Shown: positions 1 to 9,783, numbered from the stretch's first letter. The stretch is 60,574 nt of DNA from Patescibacteria group bacterium (GCA_003504275.1 DOAO01000006.1:1496-62069); one strand, 5' to 3'. Notes: a model not told the origin generated them from the letters alone. Made by a program: numbers and translations.

Positions 1-1
1 C

Positions 2-1015
2 ACTCCTAACTCAGGTGCTATCGCCTTTGGAAGTACCGTTACAATAACTTCGGGAGGAGCAGATGCTATTTATTACACAACAAACGGATCAGATCCTACA
101 ATTGCAAGTACACTATACACAGGCCCTGTAACAATCTCCTCAGCTCTTACCCTAAAAGCTTTGGCGGTAAAAGCTGGGTATGAAAATAGCGCAATAGGAA
201 GTGCAGCATATACACAAGCCCAATCAGCCAATCTTTCAGCCCTCGCTCTTCTTGATGTAACCCTTTCCCCGGTATTCGCAGCTGGAACACGCACATATAC
301 ATCTCCTGTGGTATTTTATTCTGTATCTACAACCAGAGTCACAGCCACAGGCGCAGGAGTACTCCAGATGTCAATTAATGGAGGAGCTTCAACGACTATC
401 TCAAGCGGTGTTCAATCAGGAACTCTCTCGTTAACAGCAGGAGCTACTTCAACAGTACTTGTATCTCTAACAGAAACAGGAAAGGCGACAACGACTTATC
501 GTGTTGGGGTGTACAGAAATAGTTCTTTGGTTTCTGGAGAAACTTATCAGGGTGGTTTTATTGCCTATGTTTTACAATCGGGCGATCCCGGTTATGTTGC
601 CGGACAAACTCACGGTTTAATCATAGCACCAAGCGATCAGGCGGATGGTATCACTGGTATTATTTGGCATTCTTCAATGTATGATCCTGCTGTTGGTGGA
701 ACTTCTCAAAATTTTGGCACTGGAAATGCAAACACAAATGCTATTGTGACTGCTTATGGATCGGAGAGTAATGCCGCCAAGTTATGCTACGACCTATCTC
801 TGAATAGTTATACTGATTGGTATTTGCCAAGCAAAGAAGAATTAAATAAAATCTATTTAAATAAAGATGTCTTAAATTTTAGTTCCGGTGGATATTGGAG
901 CTCTTCTGAACATGAGGTTGCCTCTGACGCTTATTTCCGATATATGGATCACGACGAACAAGCTAATGGATATAAAACAAGCTACGCAGTCGTTCGTTGT
1001 ACTAGATCTTTCTAA
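2..1015 (+). CDS. 5'-truncated surface protein: Fn3-associated (CHB_HEX_C-like) domain, cadherin-like beta-sandwich, C-terminal DUF1566/Lcl (C-type lectin fold) domain
   Basis: The frame of the 161..1015 ORF is open from base 2 (TPNSGAIAFGSTVTITSGGADAIYYTTNGSDPT...LKALAVKAG). The C-terminus has AAKLC..L..NSYTDWYLPSKEELNKIY...GYWSSSE...VRCTRSF. Confidence 0.75.
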   Translation, partial: TPNSGAIAFGSTVTITSGGADAIYYTTNGSDPTIASTLYTGPVTISSALTLKALAVKAGYENSAIGSAAYTQAQSANLSALALLDVTLSPVFAAGTRTYTSPVVFYSVSTTRVTATGAGVLQMSINGGASTTISSGVQSGTLSLTAGATSTVLVSLTETGKATTTYRVGVYRNSSLVSGETYQGGFIAYVLQSGDPGYVAGQTHGLIIAPSDQADGITGIIWHSSMYDPAVGGTSQNFGTGNANTNAIVTAYGSESNAAKLCYDLSLNSYTDWYLPSKEELNKIYLNKDVLNFSSGGYWSSSEHEVASDAYFRYMDHDEQANGYKTSYAVVRCTRSF

Positions 1016-1110
1016 ATATTTGATCATTGGTTAATTAAGTGGACGTGCTGTTCCATTATTATTGGGCTTTATCTTTAGCCTTTTTTGAAATATAATAAGA
1101 GGGCTTATAT

Positions 1111-1253
1111 TTCACCCTGTTAAGTAAAATCTTTTTTAAAAAGATTTAAAATTTGTTTATTATGGTAAGATTTGTCAGGGCAATATAAGAGTCGAAAATA
1201 TTAAGAATTTTGGATAATATTAAGTAAAAACAAATTTTTACTTAACAGGGTAA
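1111..1253 (+). repeat. AT-rich element with terminal inverted repeats (TTCACCC...GGGTAAA family)
   Basis: ACCCTGTTAAGTAAAA at 1114-1129 is the exact reverse complement of 1236-1251. The element abuts the ATG at 1254. Confidence 0.75.
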
Positions 1254-3236
1254 ATGGCTGAAAATAATAAAGATATCACGTATTTTGCAGAAACTGATTA
1301 CAGAAACAAGAAGACACCTTTTGGAATAAAGGCTCTTGATAGAACAAAACACGTTTATGTTATCGGAAAGACGGGAATGGGAAAATCAACCATGCTCGAG
1401 AATTTGGCTGTTCAGGATATTCAGAATGGCAACGGAATGACATTTATTGATCCCCACGGAGGGACAGCAGAGAAGTTGCTCGATTATGTTCCAAAAGAGA
1501 GAATAAAAGATGTTATTTATTTCGCCCCGCATGACATCGACTACCCGGTCTCTTTCAACGTAATGGAGGACGTTGGCAAAGATCAAAGACACCTTGTTGC
1601 GAATGGACTCATGGCATCTTTTAAAAAGATATGGCCGGACGTCTGGTCTGCAAGAATGGAATATATTTCTATGAACATTATTTTAGCGCTTCTTGAATAT
1701 CCCGGTTCCACACTTCTTGGTATAAACAGAATGCTTTCAGATAAAGATTACAGAAAGAAGGTTGTAGATAATGTTACGGATCCTTCAGTAAAAGGTTTTT
1801 GGGTAAATGAATTCGCAAAGTATAGCGATAAAATTATGGTGGAGGCTGGTGCATCTATTCAAAATAAATTTGGACAATTTTCTTCTAATCCGCTTATCAG
1901 AAATATTATCGGTCAACCTACATCGTCATTCAACCTCCGTGAAGTAATGGATAATAAAAAGATATTTATTGCGAATCTTTCTAAGGGAAGAATGGGGGAG
2001 ATAAACACCAATCTTATTGGAGGAATGCTCATTACGAAAATATATTTGGCGGCGATGAGTCGTGCGAATATGGCCCCCGAGGAACTTAAGGAGCTTCCAA
2101 ATTTCTATGTATATGTAGATGAGTTCCAGTCATTCGTGAACGATTCTTTTGCCGATATTCTTTCTGAGGCGAGAAAATATAAATTAAATTTAACGATTGC
2201 TCATCAGTATATAGAGCAAATGCCGGAAACTGTCAGAAATGCGGTTTTCGGAAATGTTGGTACGACTATTGCTTTTAGGGTAGGACCATTTGATGCTGAA
2301 GTTCTGGAGAAAATATTTGCTCCCAAGTTTACTGCTGAAGATATTGTTAATCTCGGTTTTGCTCAGATATATTTGACTCTTATGATAGATGGGGTGGGCT
2401 CTCAACCTTTTTCTGCTAAAACTCTTCCGCCGGTTAAGATGCCTGAAATAAAATACACACAAGATATCATAGATAACTCCAGAGCTATTTATGCTAAACC
2501 GCGAGATGTCGTGGAGGCGGAGATAAGTAAGTGGCATGAAGCAATCCCTGTGGAGAGTAAAGGCGAAAAGTTTGACAAGGGAGCCGTTAAACAGGAATTA
2601 GAATTTATTAAAAAAGAGCATAATATAAAAGATTTTCCACCGAAGAAAACTTATGAGGCAAGGACATATCCACCAGTCCAGACAGTTACTTCTGCTAGGC
2701 CATTATCTACTGTTCCTGCAAAACCGACAACAACTCAATCTGTTACTCCATTAAGGAATACCGAGATAAGGCCTATTTTAAAAACTGTTTCTCAGCCAAT
2801 CGCAAGGCCTATTTCACCGTCTGTAGCAGTAAAACAGACACTGATACAACCTCCCGCAAAGTCACCTGAGAAGGTTTCTTTGAGTTCTCTTAATAAAGCC
2901 CCCCAAGACAACAAACATGCCACAGGAGAGAACATGAATGATCTTAAAAATATATTAGCAAAGGCGATGGGGGCAAAGAGTAAAGATTTTAATTTAGGAA
3001 AAATAGATAACAAAAAAGACACTTCAGCTCCTGAGACTACAAAAAAGATAACAGAGGAGCCTTTAGTTAAAAAAGGTGAGTCGGTAAATGATACAGAAGA
3101 AGTGTCTGAAAATGTTAAAAAAGACCTGCCTACCATGCCTGCGTATGCAGGGCAGACGGGAGAAAAAACAATTAAAGAAATTCCTGAGGACGTGTTAAAA
3201 AAAATTCTGGAAGAAAAACAAAATGGAGAAAAATAA
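1254..3236 (+). CDS. VirD4/TraG-like coupling-protein ATPase (CPR type) with a long low-complexity C-terminal tail
   Basis: Walker A GKTGMGKS, FIDPHG, Walker B YVYVDEFQ, SEARKY, AHQY..Q, FGNVGT.I.FRVG. Confidence 0.85.
   Translation: MAENNKDITYFAETDYRNKKTPFGIKALDRTKHVYVIGKTGMGKSTMLENLAVQDIQNGNGMTFIDPHGGTAEKLLDYVPKERIKDVIYFAPHDIDYPVSFNVMEDVGKDQRHLVANGLMASFKKIWPDVWSARMEYISMNIILALLEYPGSTLLGINRMLSDKDYRKKVVDNVTDPSVKGFWVNEFAKYSDKIMVEAGASIQNKFGQFSSNPLIRNIIGQPTSSFNLREVMDNKKIFIANLSKGRMGEINTNLIGGMLITKIYLAAMSRANMAPEELKELPNFYVYVDEFQSFVNDSFADILSEARKYKLNLTIAHQYIEQMPETVRNAVFGNVGTTIAFRVGPFDAEVLEKIFAPKFTAEDIVNLGFAQIYLTLMIDGVGSQPFSAKTLPPVKMPEIKYTQDIIDNSRAIYAKPRDVVEAEISKWHEAIPVESKGEKFDKGAVKQELEFIKKEHNIKDFPPKKTYEARTYPPVQTVTSARPLSTVPAKPTTTQSVTPLRNTEIRPILKTVSQPIARPISPSVAVKQTLIQPPAKSPEKVSLSSLNKAPQDNKHATGENMNDLKNILAKAMGAKSKDFNLGKIDNKKDTSAPETTKKITEEPLVKKGESVNDTEEVSENVKKDLPTMPAYAGQTGEKTIKEIPEDVLKKILEEKQNGEK
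3125..3160. repeat. Nested in-frame 18+18 nt palindromic insertion in a CDS
   Basis: The outer CCTGCCTAC...GCAGACGGG matches the 18-nt insert at 22978-22995 at 17 of 18 positions. The inner unit is CATGCCTGCGTATGCAGG. Confidence 0.65.
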
Positions 3237-4785
3237 AAAAACAATACTAATCACCGGTGGCGCCGGATTTATCGGTTCACATTTATGTAAAAAATACCTA
3301 GACGAAGGACACAATGTTATTTGTGTTGATAATTTACAGACAACGATAGATCCTAAAAATATTAAGGACTTTTTTGATAATGAAAATTTTACTTTTATAA
3401 AACACGACATAATTAAACCGATAAAATTTAATCAAAAAATAGATTGGATATTTAACCTAGCTTGTTCTGGTTCTTATACTGTTTATCAATATGATCCAGT
3501 CCATACAGTAGAGACTAATACCGTTGGGGTTATAAATATGCTCGAATTAGCCAGGAATAATAAAGCCAGAATAATGCAGTTTTCAACTTCCGAAATATAC
3601 GGCGACCCCCTTGAGTCTCCCCAAAAAGAAACATACAAAGGAAACGTTAATACTCTCGGTCCTCGTGCTTGTTATGATGAGGGAAAAAGATGTGCTGAAA
3701 CTTTGTTTATGGATTATTACAGGGAATTCGATTTAGATATTAAGATAATAAGAATATTCAATACTTATGGTCCAAATATGGACATGAATGACGGACGAGC
3801 TGTAAGTAACTTCGTCTCTAATGCCCTGGCGGGTAAAGATCTTGCTATCTATGGTGATGGTACTTATACAAGAAGTTTTCAATACATAGATGATCTTGTT
3901 TCGGGAATAGATAAAATGATGGTAAAAGATGGTTTTATCGGCCCTGTTAATTTGGGTAATCCGGGAGAGGTTACAATGAAAGATATCGCGGGGATTATAA
4001 TAAAAAAAATCGGCTCTAATTCTAAAATTATTTTTGAAAGGGGTGTTTCAGATGATCCGAAGAGAAGGTGTCCCGATATTTCTTTGGCAAACAAAGAGCT
4101 TGATTGGGAACCAAAAATTTCGTTAAGCGAGGGTCTTGATAAAACCATAGAGTATTTTAGGGGTGTAGCAAGACCGGAAAATAAAATAGTTGTTTTTGCT
4201 AATACTTTTTATCCCGATTGTGGCCCAGCTGAGGACTCTCTGCTTTCTTTGGCCAGAGAAATGAAAGATACTGAATTTCATGTAATTACTACGAGGTTTA
4301 AGAAAGACAGAAAAAATTTCGAAAGTATGGGCAATGTTTCCATTTATAGAATTGGTTTCGGTTTTAAATTAGATAAATATCTTCTTCCTGTTTTGGGTGC
4401 AATAAAGGCTTATTATCTTGATAAGAAATATGATTTTAAATTTGCTTGGTCTGTTATGGCAAGTTATTCTGGTTTGGCGGTGCTTTTTACTAAAATGCTG
4501 ATTGGTAACAAGATAAATTTCTTAATATCTCTAGAACCAAAAGAGACTGAAAATGTAAACATTATTAAGAGAACTGTATTCAAACCACTATTAAGGGCAA
4601 TATTAAAAAATGCGGAGTCTGTTCACATCTTGGATAAGGATGAGGAAAAATATTTTAAAAAAATAGATTCTAGCATTAATATATCACATCGTTCTGCTGA
4701 TACGGGAACTTTTGTAAAACAGTTAAGAAGTGCTCATTCCGACATATTGAACAAAAAGCAGAAAAAACTTTCAAGACCAAAATAA
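3223..4785 (+). CDS. UDP-glucuronate decarboxylase (UDP-xylose synthase)-like SDR fused to a GT4 N-terminal-like domain
   Basis: ITGGAGFIGSHL, STSEIYGDP, GPRACYDEGKRCAET, RIFNTYGP, DDPKRRCPDI. The added C-terminal part (from about residue 320; VVFANTFYP...HVITTRF...IYRIGFG) resembles the N-terminus of the next GT4. Confidence 0.85.
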   Translation: MEKNKKTILITGGAGFIGSHLCKKYLDEGHNVICVDNLQTTIDPKNIKDFFDNENFTFIKHDIIKPIKFNQKIDWIFNLACSGSYTVYQYDPVHTVETNTVGVINMLELARNNKARIMQFSTSEIYGDPLESPQKETYKGNVNTLGPRACYDEGKRCAETLFMDYYREFDLDIKIIRIFNTYGPNMDMNDGRAVSNFVSNALAGKDLAIYGDGTYTRSFQYIDDLVSGIDKMMVKDGFIGPVNLGNPGEVTMKDIAGIIIKKIGSNSKIIFERGVSDDPKRRCPDISLANKELDWEPKISLSEGLDKTIEYFRGVARPENKIVVFANTFYPDCGPAEDSLLSLAREMKDTEFHVITTRFKKDRKNFESMGNVSIYRIGFGFKLDKYLLPVLGAIKAYYLDKKYDFKFAWSVMASYSGLAVLFTKMLIGNKINFLISLEPKETENVNIIKRTVFKPLLRAILKNAESVHILDKDEEKYFKKIDSSINISHRSADTGTFVKQLRSAHSDILNKKQKKLSRPK

Positions 4786-4787
4786 AA

Positions 4788-5990
4788 ATGAAGAAGAGAA
4801 TTTTAATTTTTTCACTTGCTTATTATCCGAATTTTGTTGGGGGGGCTGAAGTGGCCATTAAGGAAATTACTGACAGAATTTCCCCCGTCGATTTTGAGTT
4901 TGATATGATCACGCCTCGTTTTGATAGAAAACTTCCGAAGTTTGAAAAGATTGGAAATGTGAACGTGCACAGGATTGGTTTTACCGCTAAGTCTCCAAAA
5001 ATTGCGGATCTAGTAAAATTCCCTCTAAATTTAAATAAATACTTATTTCCCTTTACCTCTTGTATAAAGGCGAGTCAGCTTCATAGGGAGAGAAAATATG
5101 ATTCTGTCTGGGCCATGATGGCTAATTATGCAGGTTTTGGTGCTATGTTTTTTAAGACCTTTCACCCTTCGATAAAATATTTACTGACTCTTCAAGAAGG
5201 AGACCCTATTGATTATATAAAAAAGAGAGTGAGATTTGTATATCCTTTGTTTGTGAAAATTTTTGCAAAAGCCGATCGAATTCAAGCTATTTCTACTTAT
5301 TTGGCATGGTTTGCCAGGGATATGGGGTATAAGGGAAAACTAGACGTTGTATCAAATGGTGTGGACATATCTCTCTTTACTAAAAAATACAGTGATAAGG
5401 AACTTGGCGATTTAAAAATAAAATTAGGTAAAAAAGAGGGTGATAAATATATAATTACCACATCTCGTTTAGTATTAAAAAATGCAGTAGATGATGTTAT
5501 AAAGTCCCTTGTATTTTTGCCTTCCAATTTTAAATTTATAATCTTGGGCATGGGACCAGATCAGGAGATTCTTCAGCGACTCGCCAAACAAGAAGGTGTC
5601 TCTGATAGGGTTATTTTCTTGGGTCAAATTAATTATTCGGAAATACCAAAATATTTAAAAATTTCGGATGTATTTATAAGGCCGTCTCTTTCAGAGGGTA
5701 TGGGTAATTCTTTTATAGAGGCAATGGCAGCTGAAATTCCCGTTATAGCGACTGCGGTTGGTGGTATTACTGATTTTTTGTTTGATCCTATTAAAAATAT
5801 AGACAAGGAACCAACTGGATTATTTTGTGATGTTAGAGACCCTCAGAACATTGCTGAACAAATAAAAATGATTGAAGAAAATCATGAACTTCGTAAAAGG
5901 ATAACAAAAAATGGGAAAGAATTGGCGGTGACAAAATATGACTGGAATCTTATTGCGGATAATATGAGAGAAATATTCAATAAAATATGA
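4788..5990 (+). CDS. Glycosyltransferase family 4
   Basis: GGAEVA, TTSRLVLKNAVD, SEGMGNSFIEAMAAEIPVIATAVGG. Confidence 0.9.
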   Translation: MKKRILIFSLAYYPNFVGGAEVAIKEITDRISPVDFEFDMITPRFDRKLPKFEKIGNVNVHRIGFTAKSPKIADLVKFPLNLNKYLFPFTSCIKASQLHRERKYDSVWAMMANYAGFGAMFFKTFHPSIKYLLTLQEGDPIDYIKKRVRFVYPLFVKIFAKADRIQAISTYLAWFARDMGYKGKLDVVSNGVDISLFTKKYSDKELGDLKIKLGKKEGDKYIITTSRLVLKNAVDDVIKSLVFLPSNFKFIILGMGPDQEILQRLAKQEGVSDRVIFLGQINYSEIPKYLKISDVFIRPSLSEGMGNSFIEAMAAEIPVIATAVGGITDFLFDPIKNIDKEPTGLFCDVRDPQNIAEQIKMIEENHELRKRITKNGKELAVTKYDWNLIADNMREIFNKI

Positions 5991-7585
5991 TAAAGAGAGT
6001 TTATAAAAAAATAAACGAAAAAGCAGAAGAAAAATTTCCTATAGCATATAAGTCACTTTTTAAGAATAGAATTTTTATTAAATATATTTTGGTGGGATTT
6101 ATTGCTGCAATTGTTGATCTGGGGTCTCTTTATGTTTTTGTTGAATACATTTTTTATCACAGATATTTAATAGCTACAGCCTCGGCTTTTATTTTTGCTT
6201 TTGTTTTTGGTGCCACACTCCAAAAATTTTGGACATTTCAAGACAAGAATACTTCTGGTATGGGATTTCAAATTTTTATCTACACAATTCTAGCTGTTGT
6301 TAATCTTTTCTTAAATTTATTTTTAGTATTCTTTTTTGTTGAAGCACTCGATGTTTGGTATCTTTTAGCCCAATTGATCGCCATGGCTATTTTAGCCAAC
6401 ATGAATTTTGTTTTATACAGTCGCTTTGTTTTTAAAAGTTCAATGATGATACCTGGAAGCGTTTTGTTGTCTGCCGGTATATTTCCTCCTGATATTGGTG
6501 GTCCCGCAACTCATGCTTTTAGGTTCTTAAAGAGTTTTAAAGAGAAGGGAATAAAGACCGGGGTTATCGCTTACTCAGATGTAAAAAGCGACTTAATAAT
6601 TGACGATGGTTTTGAGATTGAGAGGGTATCTAGAAAATTACCTTTTGGGATTAGGCATTTTGTGTATTTAATAAAGCTTTTTGCTGCTTCACTCAGATAT
6701 GAAATAATTTATGCTCAAGATATATCAGCTGCAGGCTTACCGGCGGCCTTTATTGCCAGATTGGTGGGAAGAAGATTTATGGTTAGGGTTGGGGGAGACC
6801 TTCTTTGGGAGAGGTTGGCAGAGAAAGGAAAGATAAAAATTTCTGTAATAAATTTTTATAATTTGGAAAAATATAAGAAATATTTTTTGTATCATGTTGG
6901 CCAGACAGTATTAATGAGTGCAGAAAAGATAATTGTACCGACAGATTTACTTGCGAATATTTATAAAAATTATTATGGAATATCAAAAGATAATATTGTA
7001 GTTTTACCAAACCCGATTCCATCTGCATGTGAGGCAGGTCTTCAGGATAGACCAGCAAAGATAGGAAAAAATATTTTATTTGCAGGAAGGTTTGTTAAAT
7101 ACAAAAATCTTGAACGACTTATTATTGCTTTCGCTAATATTTATACAGAGATATCACCCGCTAAATTGATATTAATAGGTGATGGTCCGGAAAAAAGAGA
7201 ACTTGTTAGATTGATAAAGAGGTTAAATATTAGGAATCAAGTTATTTTTAAGGCAAAAGTTCCACACGATGAGTTAATGAGAGAGATAAAAGAGTGTTCT
7301 GTTTGCGTTGCCCCAGCTCTTACGGAATTTAATCCTAATTTTATTTTAGAGTGTCTTTCCTGCGCTAGGCCGGTTATAATAACGAAGGAAAATGGTCTTT
7401 CTATTAAGTTACCTGAACGTTTTACTTGGAATGCGATAGATATAAAAGATATAGAAAATAAATTAATAGATATTATAAATTCCGGCATCGTCGCAGAGGA
7501 AGAAATTTTAGATGTGATACAAAAAAACAAAAACACGACGTGGAATGATATAATAAATGAACATTTAAATATTTTTAAAAAATAA
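5987..7585 (+). CDS. GtrA-like membrane domain fused to glycosyltransferase family 4
   Basis: N-terminal four-TM GtrA pattern (KYILVG...VDLGSL...LQKFWTF...AQLIA), then FPPDIGGPATH, FAGRFVKYKN, EFNPNFILECLS. Confidence 0.85.
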   Translation: MIKRVYKKINEKAEEKFPIAYKSLFKNRIFIKYILVGFIAAIVDLGSLYVFVEYIFYHRYLIATASAFIFAFVFGATLQKFWTFQDKNTSGMGFQIFIYTILAVVNLFLNLFLVFFFVEALDVWYLLAQLIAMAILANMNFVLYSRFVFKSSMMIPGSVLLSAGIFPPDIGGPATHAFRFLKSFKEKGIKTGVIAYSDVKSDLIIDDGFEIERVSRKLPFGIRHFVYLIKLFAASLRYEIIYAQDISAAGLPAAFIARLVGRRFMVRVGGDLLWERLAEKGKIKISVINFYNLEKYKKYFLYHVGQTVLMSAEKIIVPTDLLANIYKNYYGISKDNIVVLPNPIPSACEAGLQDRPAKIGKNILFAGRFVKYKNLERLIIAFANIYTEISPAKLILIGDGPEKRELVRLIKRLNIRNQVIFKAKVPHDELMREIKECSVCVAPALTEFNPNFILECLSCARPVIITKENGLSIKLPERFTWNAIDIKDIENKLIDIINSGIVAEEEILDVIQKNKNTTWNDIINEHLNIFKK

Positions 7586-7595
7586 TTAAAAAAGG

Positions 7596-8744
7596 ATGGA
7601 TAAAATAACCAAAGGCATAAATGTTTTAATGATAGGCAGTGATATGGAAATATTGCACCCTAATAGTGACTCCTGGAAAAGAATGAAAGAATACGGTTCT
7701 CTTGTTAATCGACTAGACATCGTTATTTTTAATGGCAATTTTAGAGGTGGAAACGAAGATGATGTATATCAAGTGTCTGACAATGTTTTTGCTCACCCTA
7801 GGTCATTTTTGGGTCTGTTGGGTCTGTTTAAAGTTAGCCCAAGAAAACTTTCTTTTGTTCTCAATCACAAGATAGATCTTGTGACCACACAAGACCCCTT
7901 TGTTTTGGGTCTTATTGGTAGAAGACTTGCAAAGTGGCTTAGGGCCGGTTTTCAGGTTCAAATTCACACTGATTTTATGAGTCCTTATTTTAGGAAAGAA
8001 TCATTTTATAATAGAATCAAGGTTTATATTGCCAAGTCCGTTTTAAAGAGCGCGACGGGAATACGAGTCGTATCTTCTAGGATCTTTGACTCTATTAAGG
8101 GGCTCAGACTAAAAGTTAAACCAATAATTCTTCCCATCTGGACAGATGTTTCGGCAATAAAAAATTCTCCGATAAGTGTTGATCTGAAGAAAAAATACCC
8201 ACAATTTAAAAAAATATTTTTAATGGCCTCAAGGATAACAATTGAGAAAAACATATTTTTGGCAATACACGCAATGAGACATGTTTTGAAAGATCGTTCG
8301 GAGATTGGTCTTATTATTGTGGGTAGCGGTCCGTTTAGAAAATTAGCAGAAGGACTTGTTCGAGGAGAAGGTTTGCAGAAAAGTATTATATTTGAAGATT
8401 GGTCCGATCATTTGTCTTCTTATTATAAAACCTGTGATGTCTTTTTAAATACTTCTAACTACGAGGGTTATGGTAGGACAATTGTTGAAGCTCTATCTGT
8501 GGGTACTCCTGTTATAACGACAGATGTCGGGGTTTCTGAACAATTAATAAAAAATGATCAGAATGGGATCGTTGTTCCTGTCGGTTCAAAGAAGGAGTTA
8601 GAGATAGCCATGCTGAAGATTGCTAATGATGATTCTTATCTCTCTGAATTGAAAGATGGCGCAAAAAATATCATTTTTGAAATGGGAAATAGAGATGAAT
8701 ATCTAGAGAAGTACGCTAGAAGCTGGGAGGAATCTATAAAATAA
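7596..8744 (+). CDS. Glycosyltransferase family 4
   Basis: MASRITIEKN, YEGYGRTIVEALSVGTPVITTDVG. Confidence 0.9.
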   Translation: MDKITKGINVLMIGSDMEILHPNSDSWKRMKEYGSLVNRLDIVIFNGNFRGGNEDDVYQVSDNVFAHPRSFLGLLGLFKVSPRKLSFVLNHKIDLVTTQDPFVLGLIGRRLAKWLRAGFQVQIHTDFMSPYFRKESFYNRIKVYIAKSVLKSATGIRVVSSRIFDSIKGLRLKVKPIILPIWTDVSAIKNSPISVDLKKKYPQFKKIFLMASRITIEKNIFLAIHAMRHVLKDRSEIGLIIVGSGPFRKLAEGLVRGEGLQKSIIFEDWSDHLSSYYKTCDVFLNTSNYEGYGRTIVEALSVGTPVITTDVGVSEQLIKNDQNGIVVPVGSKKELEIAMLKIANDDSYLSELKDGAKNIIFEMGNRDEYLEKYARSWEESIK

Positions 8745-8831
8745 TTCAGATAAAAAATATATTTAAGGAATGTTTTTAATATATTAAAAATCCGCTCTAT
8801 TGAAAGGGCGGATAATTTTTTGAAAGGAAGA

Positions 8832-9065
8832 TTAAACTTCTGCGAAGAATTTTTCGATAACGGCTTTAATGGCATCGATGATCGGTTGACCAAAGAGACC
8901 GAATACGACGATGTTGGAAAGCTTGTGAAGCGTGAGACCAAGGGGCACGGAAATACCGTAGCCGATAAGGATCATGAATAAGATCGCTATCTTAACGATG
9001 AAGGGCAGGGCCTTCAGGATAAAATCGAGACCGTTGTTGATAACCTCAAGAAGCTGTTTTAACAT
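8832..9065 (-). CDS. Small hypothetical membrane protein
   Basis: 77 aa with hydrophobic segments. Strong SD AGGAGGT at 9074-9080. Confidence 0.65.
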   Translation of the reverse strand: MLKQLLEVINNGLDFILKALPFIVKIAILFMILIGYGISVPLGLTLHKLSNIVVFGLFGQPIIDAIKAVIEKFFAEV

Positions 9066-9255
9066 AATAGAGCACCTCCTTTCTGTTTAAATTGTTAATG
9101 TACCATTAACCTAATATAATTATACCACTTCCATTATCATGAAAATTGGTGTGTGTGGATAACTTTTTATAAGATACATAAGCCGGTTTTATGTCAAAAA
9201 CAGTTGGACTTAATTGTTCTTTTCGGTTATATTGTTTTTACGTTATCGTATACAA

Positions 9256-9342
9256 GGAGGGTTCGCATAGTGGTCTAGTGCGCGTCCCTGGAAAGGACGT
9301 AGGTCTTAACGGGCCTCGAGAGTTCAAATCTCTCACCCTCCG
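9256..9342 (+). tRNA. tRNA-Ser(GGA)
   Basis: Acceptor GGAGGGT/ACCCTCC, anticodon arm CGTCC-CTGGAAA-GGACG, long variable arm, T-arm GAGAG-TTCAAAT-CTCTC. Confidence 0.95.
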
Positions 9343-9345
9343 CAA

Positions 9346-9735
9346 ACGACCCGCCAAAATGTGAAAACATTTTGGCGGTTTGTCGTTTCGCGAGGGTGAG
9401 AGATTTGAAGGCCACAGTCGGGCCCCTTGCTGAAAGCAAGGGAGACGAGGCGGGGTCGCGACCTTTTGCGAAGCAAAAGAGTTGTGACCAAATCTCTCCT
9501 TACGACCCGCCAAAATGTGAAAACATTTTGGCGGTTTGTCGTTTCGCGAGGGTGAGAGATTTGAAGGCCACAGTCCGTCTACAGGTGTCGCCTATATCTC
9601 GGCGACCGGTAACCCTTGTTGAAAACAAGGGAGAAGAGGCGGGGTTGCACAAAATTTTCAAAGAAAATTTATGTGTGACCAAATCTCTCCTTATGACCCA
9701 CCCAGACGCGTAAGCGTCTGGGTGGTTTGTCGTTT
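9346..9735 (+). repeat. tRNA-anchored antisense/hairpin cassette array (two full units plus a terminal hairpin)
   Basis: Units start at 9346, 9502 and 9693. 9392-9409 is the reverse complement of tRNA positions 9323-9340. GTGACC+AAATCTCTC occurs at 9484 and 9675. Confidence 0.85.
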
Positions 9736-9783
9736 TGCAAAAACAAGAGCTCTAAAATCTATTTTATTGTATAATTTCATTAT

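Noticed and set aside
890-1250. Complete DGR locus
   Set aside because: No template repeat, avd or reverse transcriptase was found in the window. Kept only as a possible remote target.
1114-1251. Invertible promoter (phase variation) between 16-bp inverted repeats
   Set aside because: No recombinase is in the window, and the same end motifs recur at four other sites with fixed polarity, which fits a repeat or leader family better. It is not excluded without read data.
1254-3236. Conjugative element or ICE
   Set aside because: There is no relaxase, VirB4/mating-pair genes or integrase nearby. Solitary VirD4-like ATPases are typical of CPR chromosomes.
9372-9713. ORFs over the tRNA cassettes (also 9238-9513, 22961-23341, 23145-23504, 33316-33588)
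   Set aside because: They overlap tRNAs and GC-rich palindromes, have no protein-like motifs, and are best explained as stop-poor repeat sequence.
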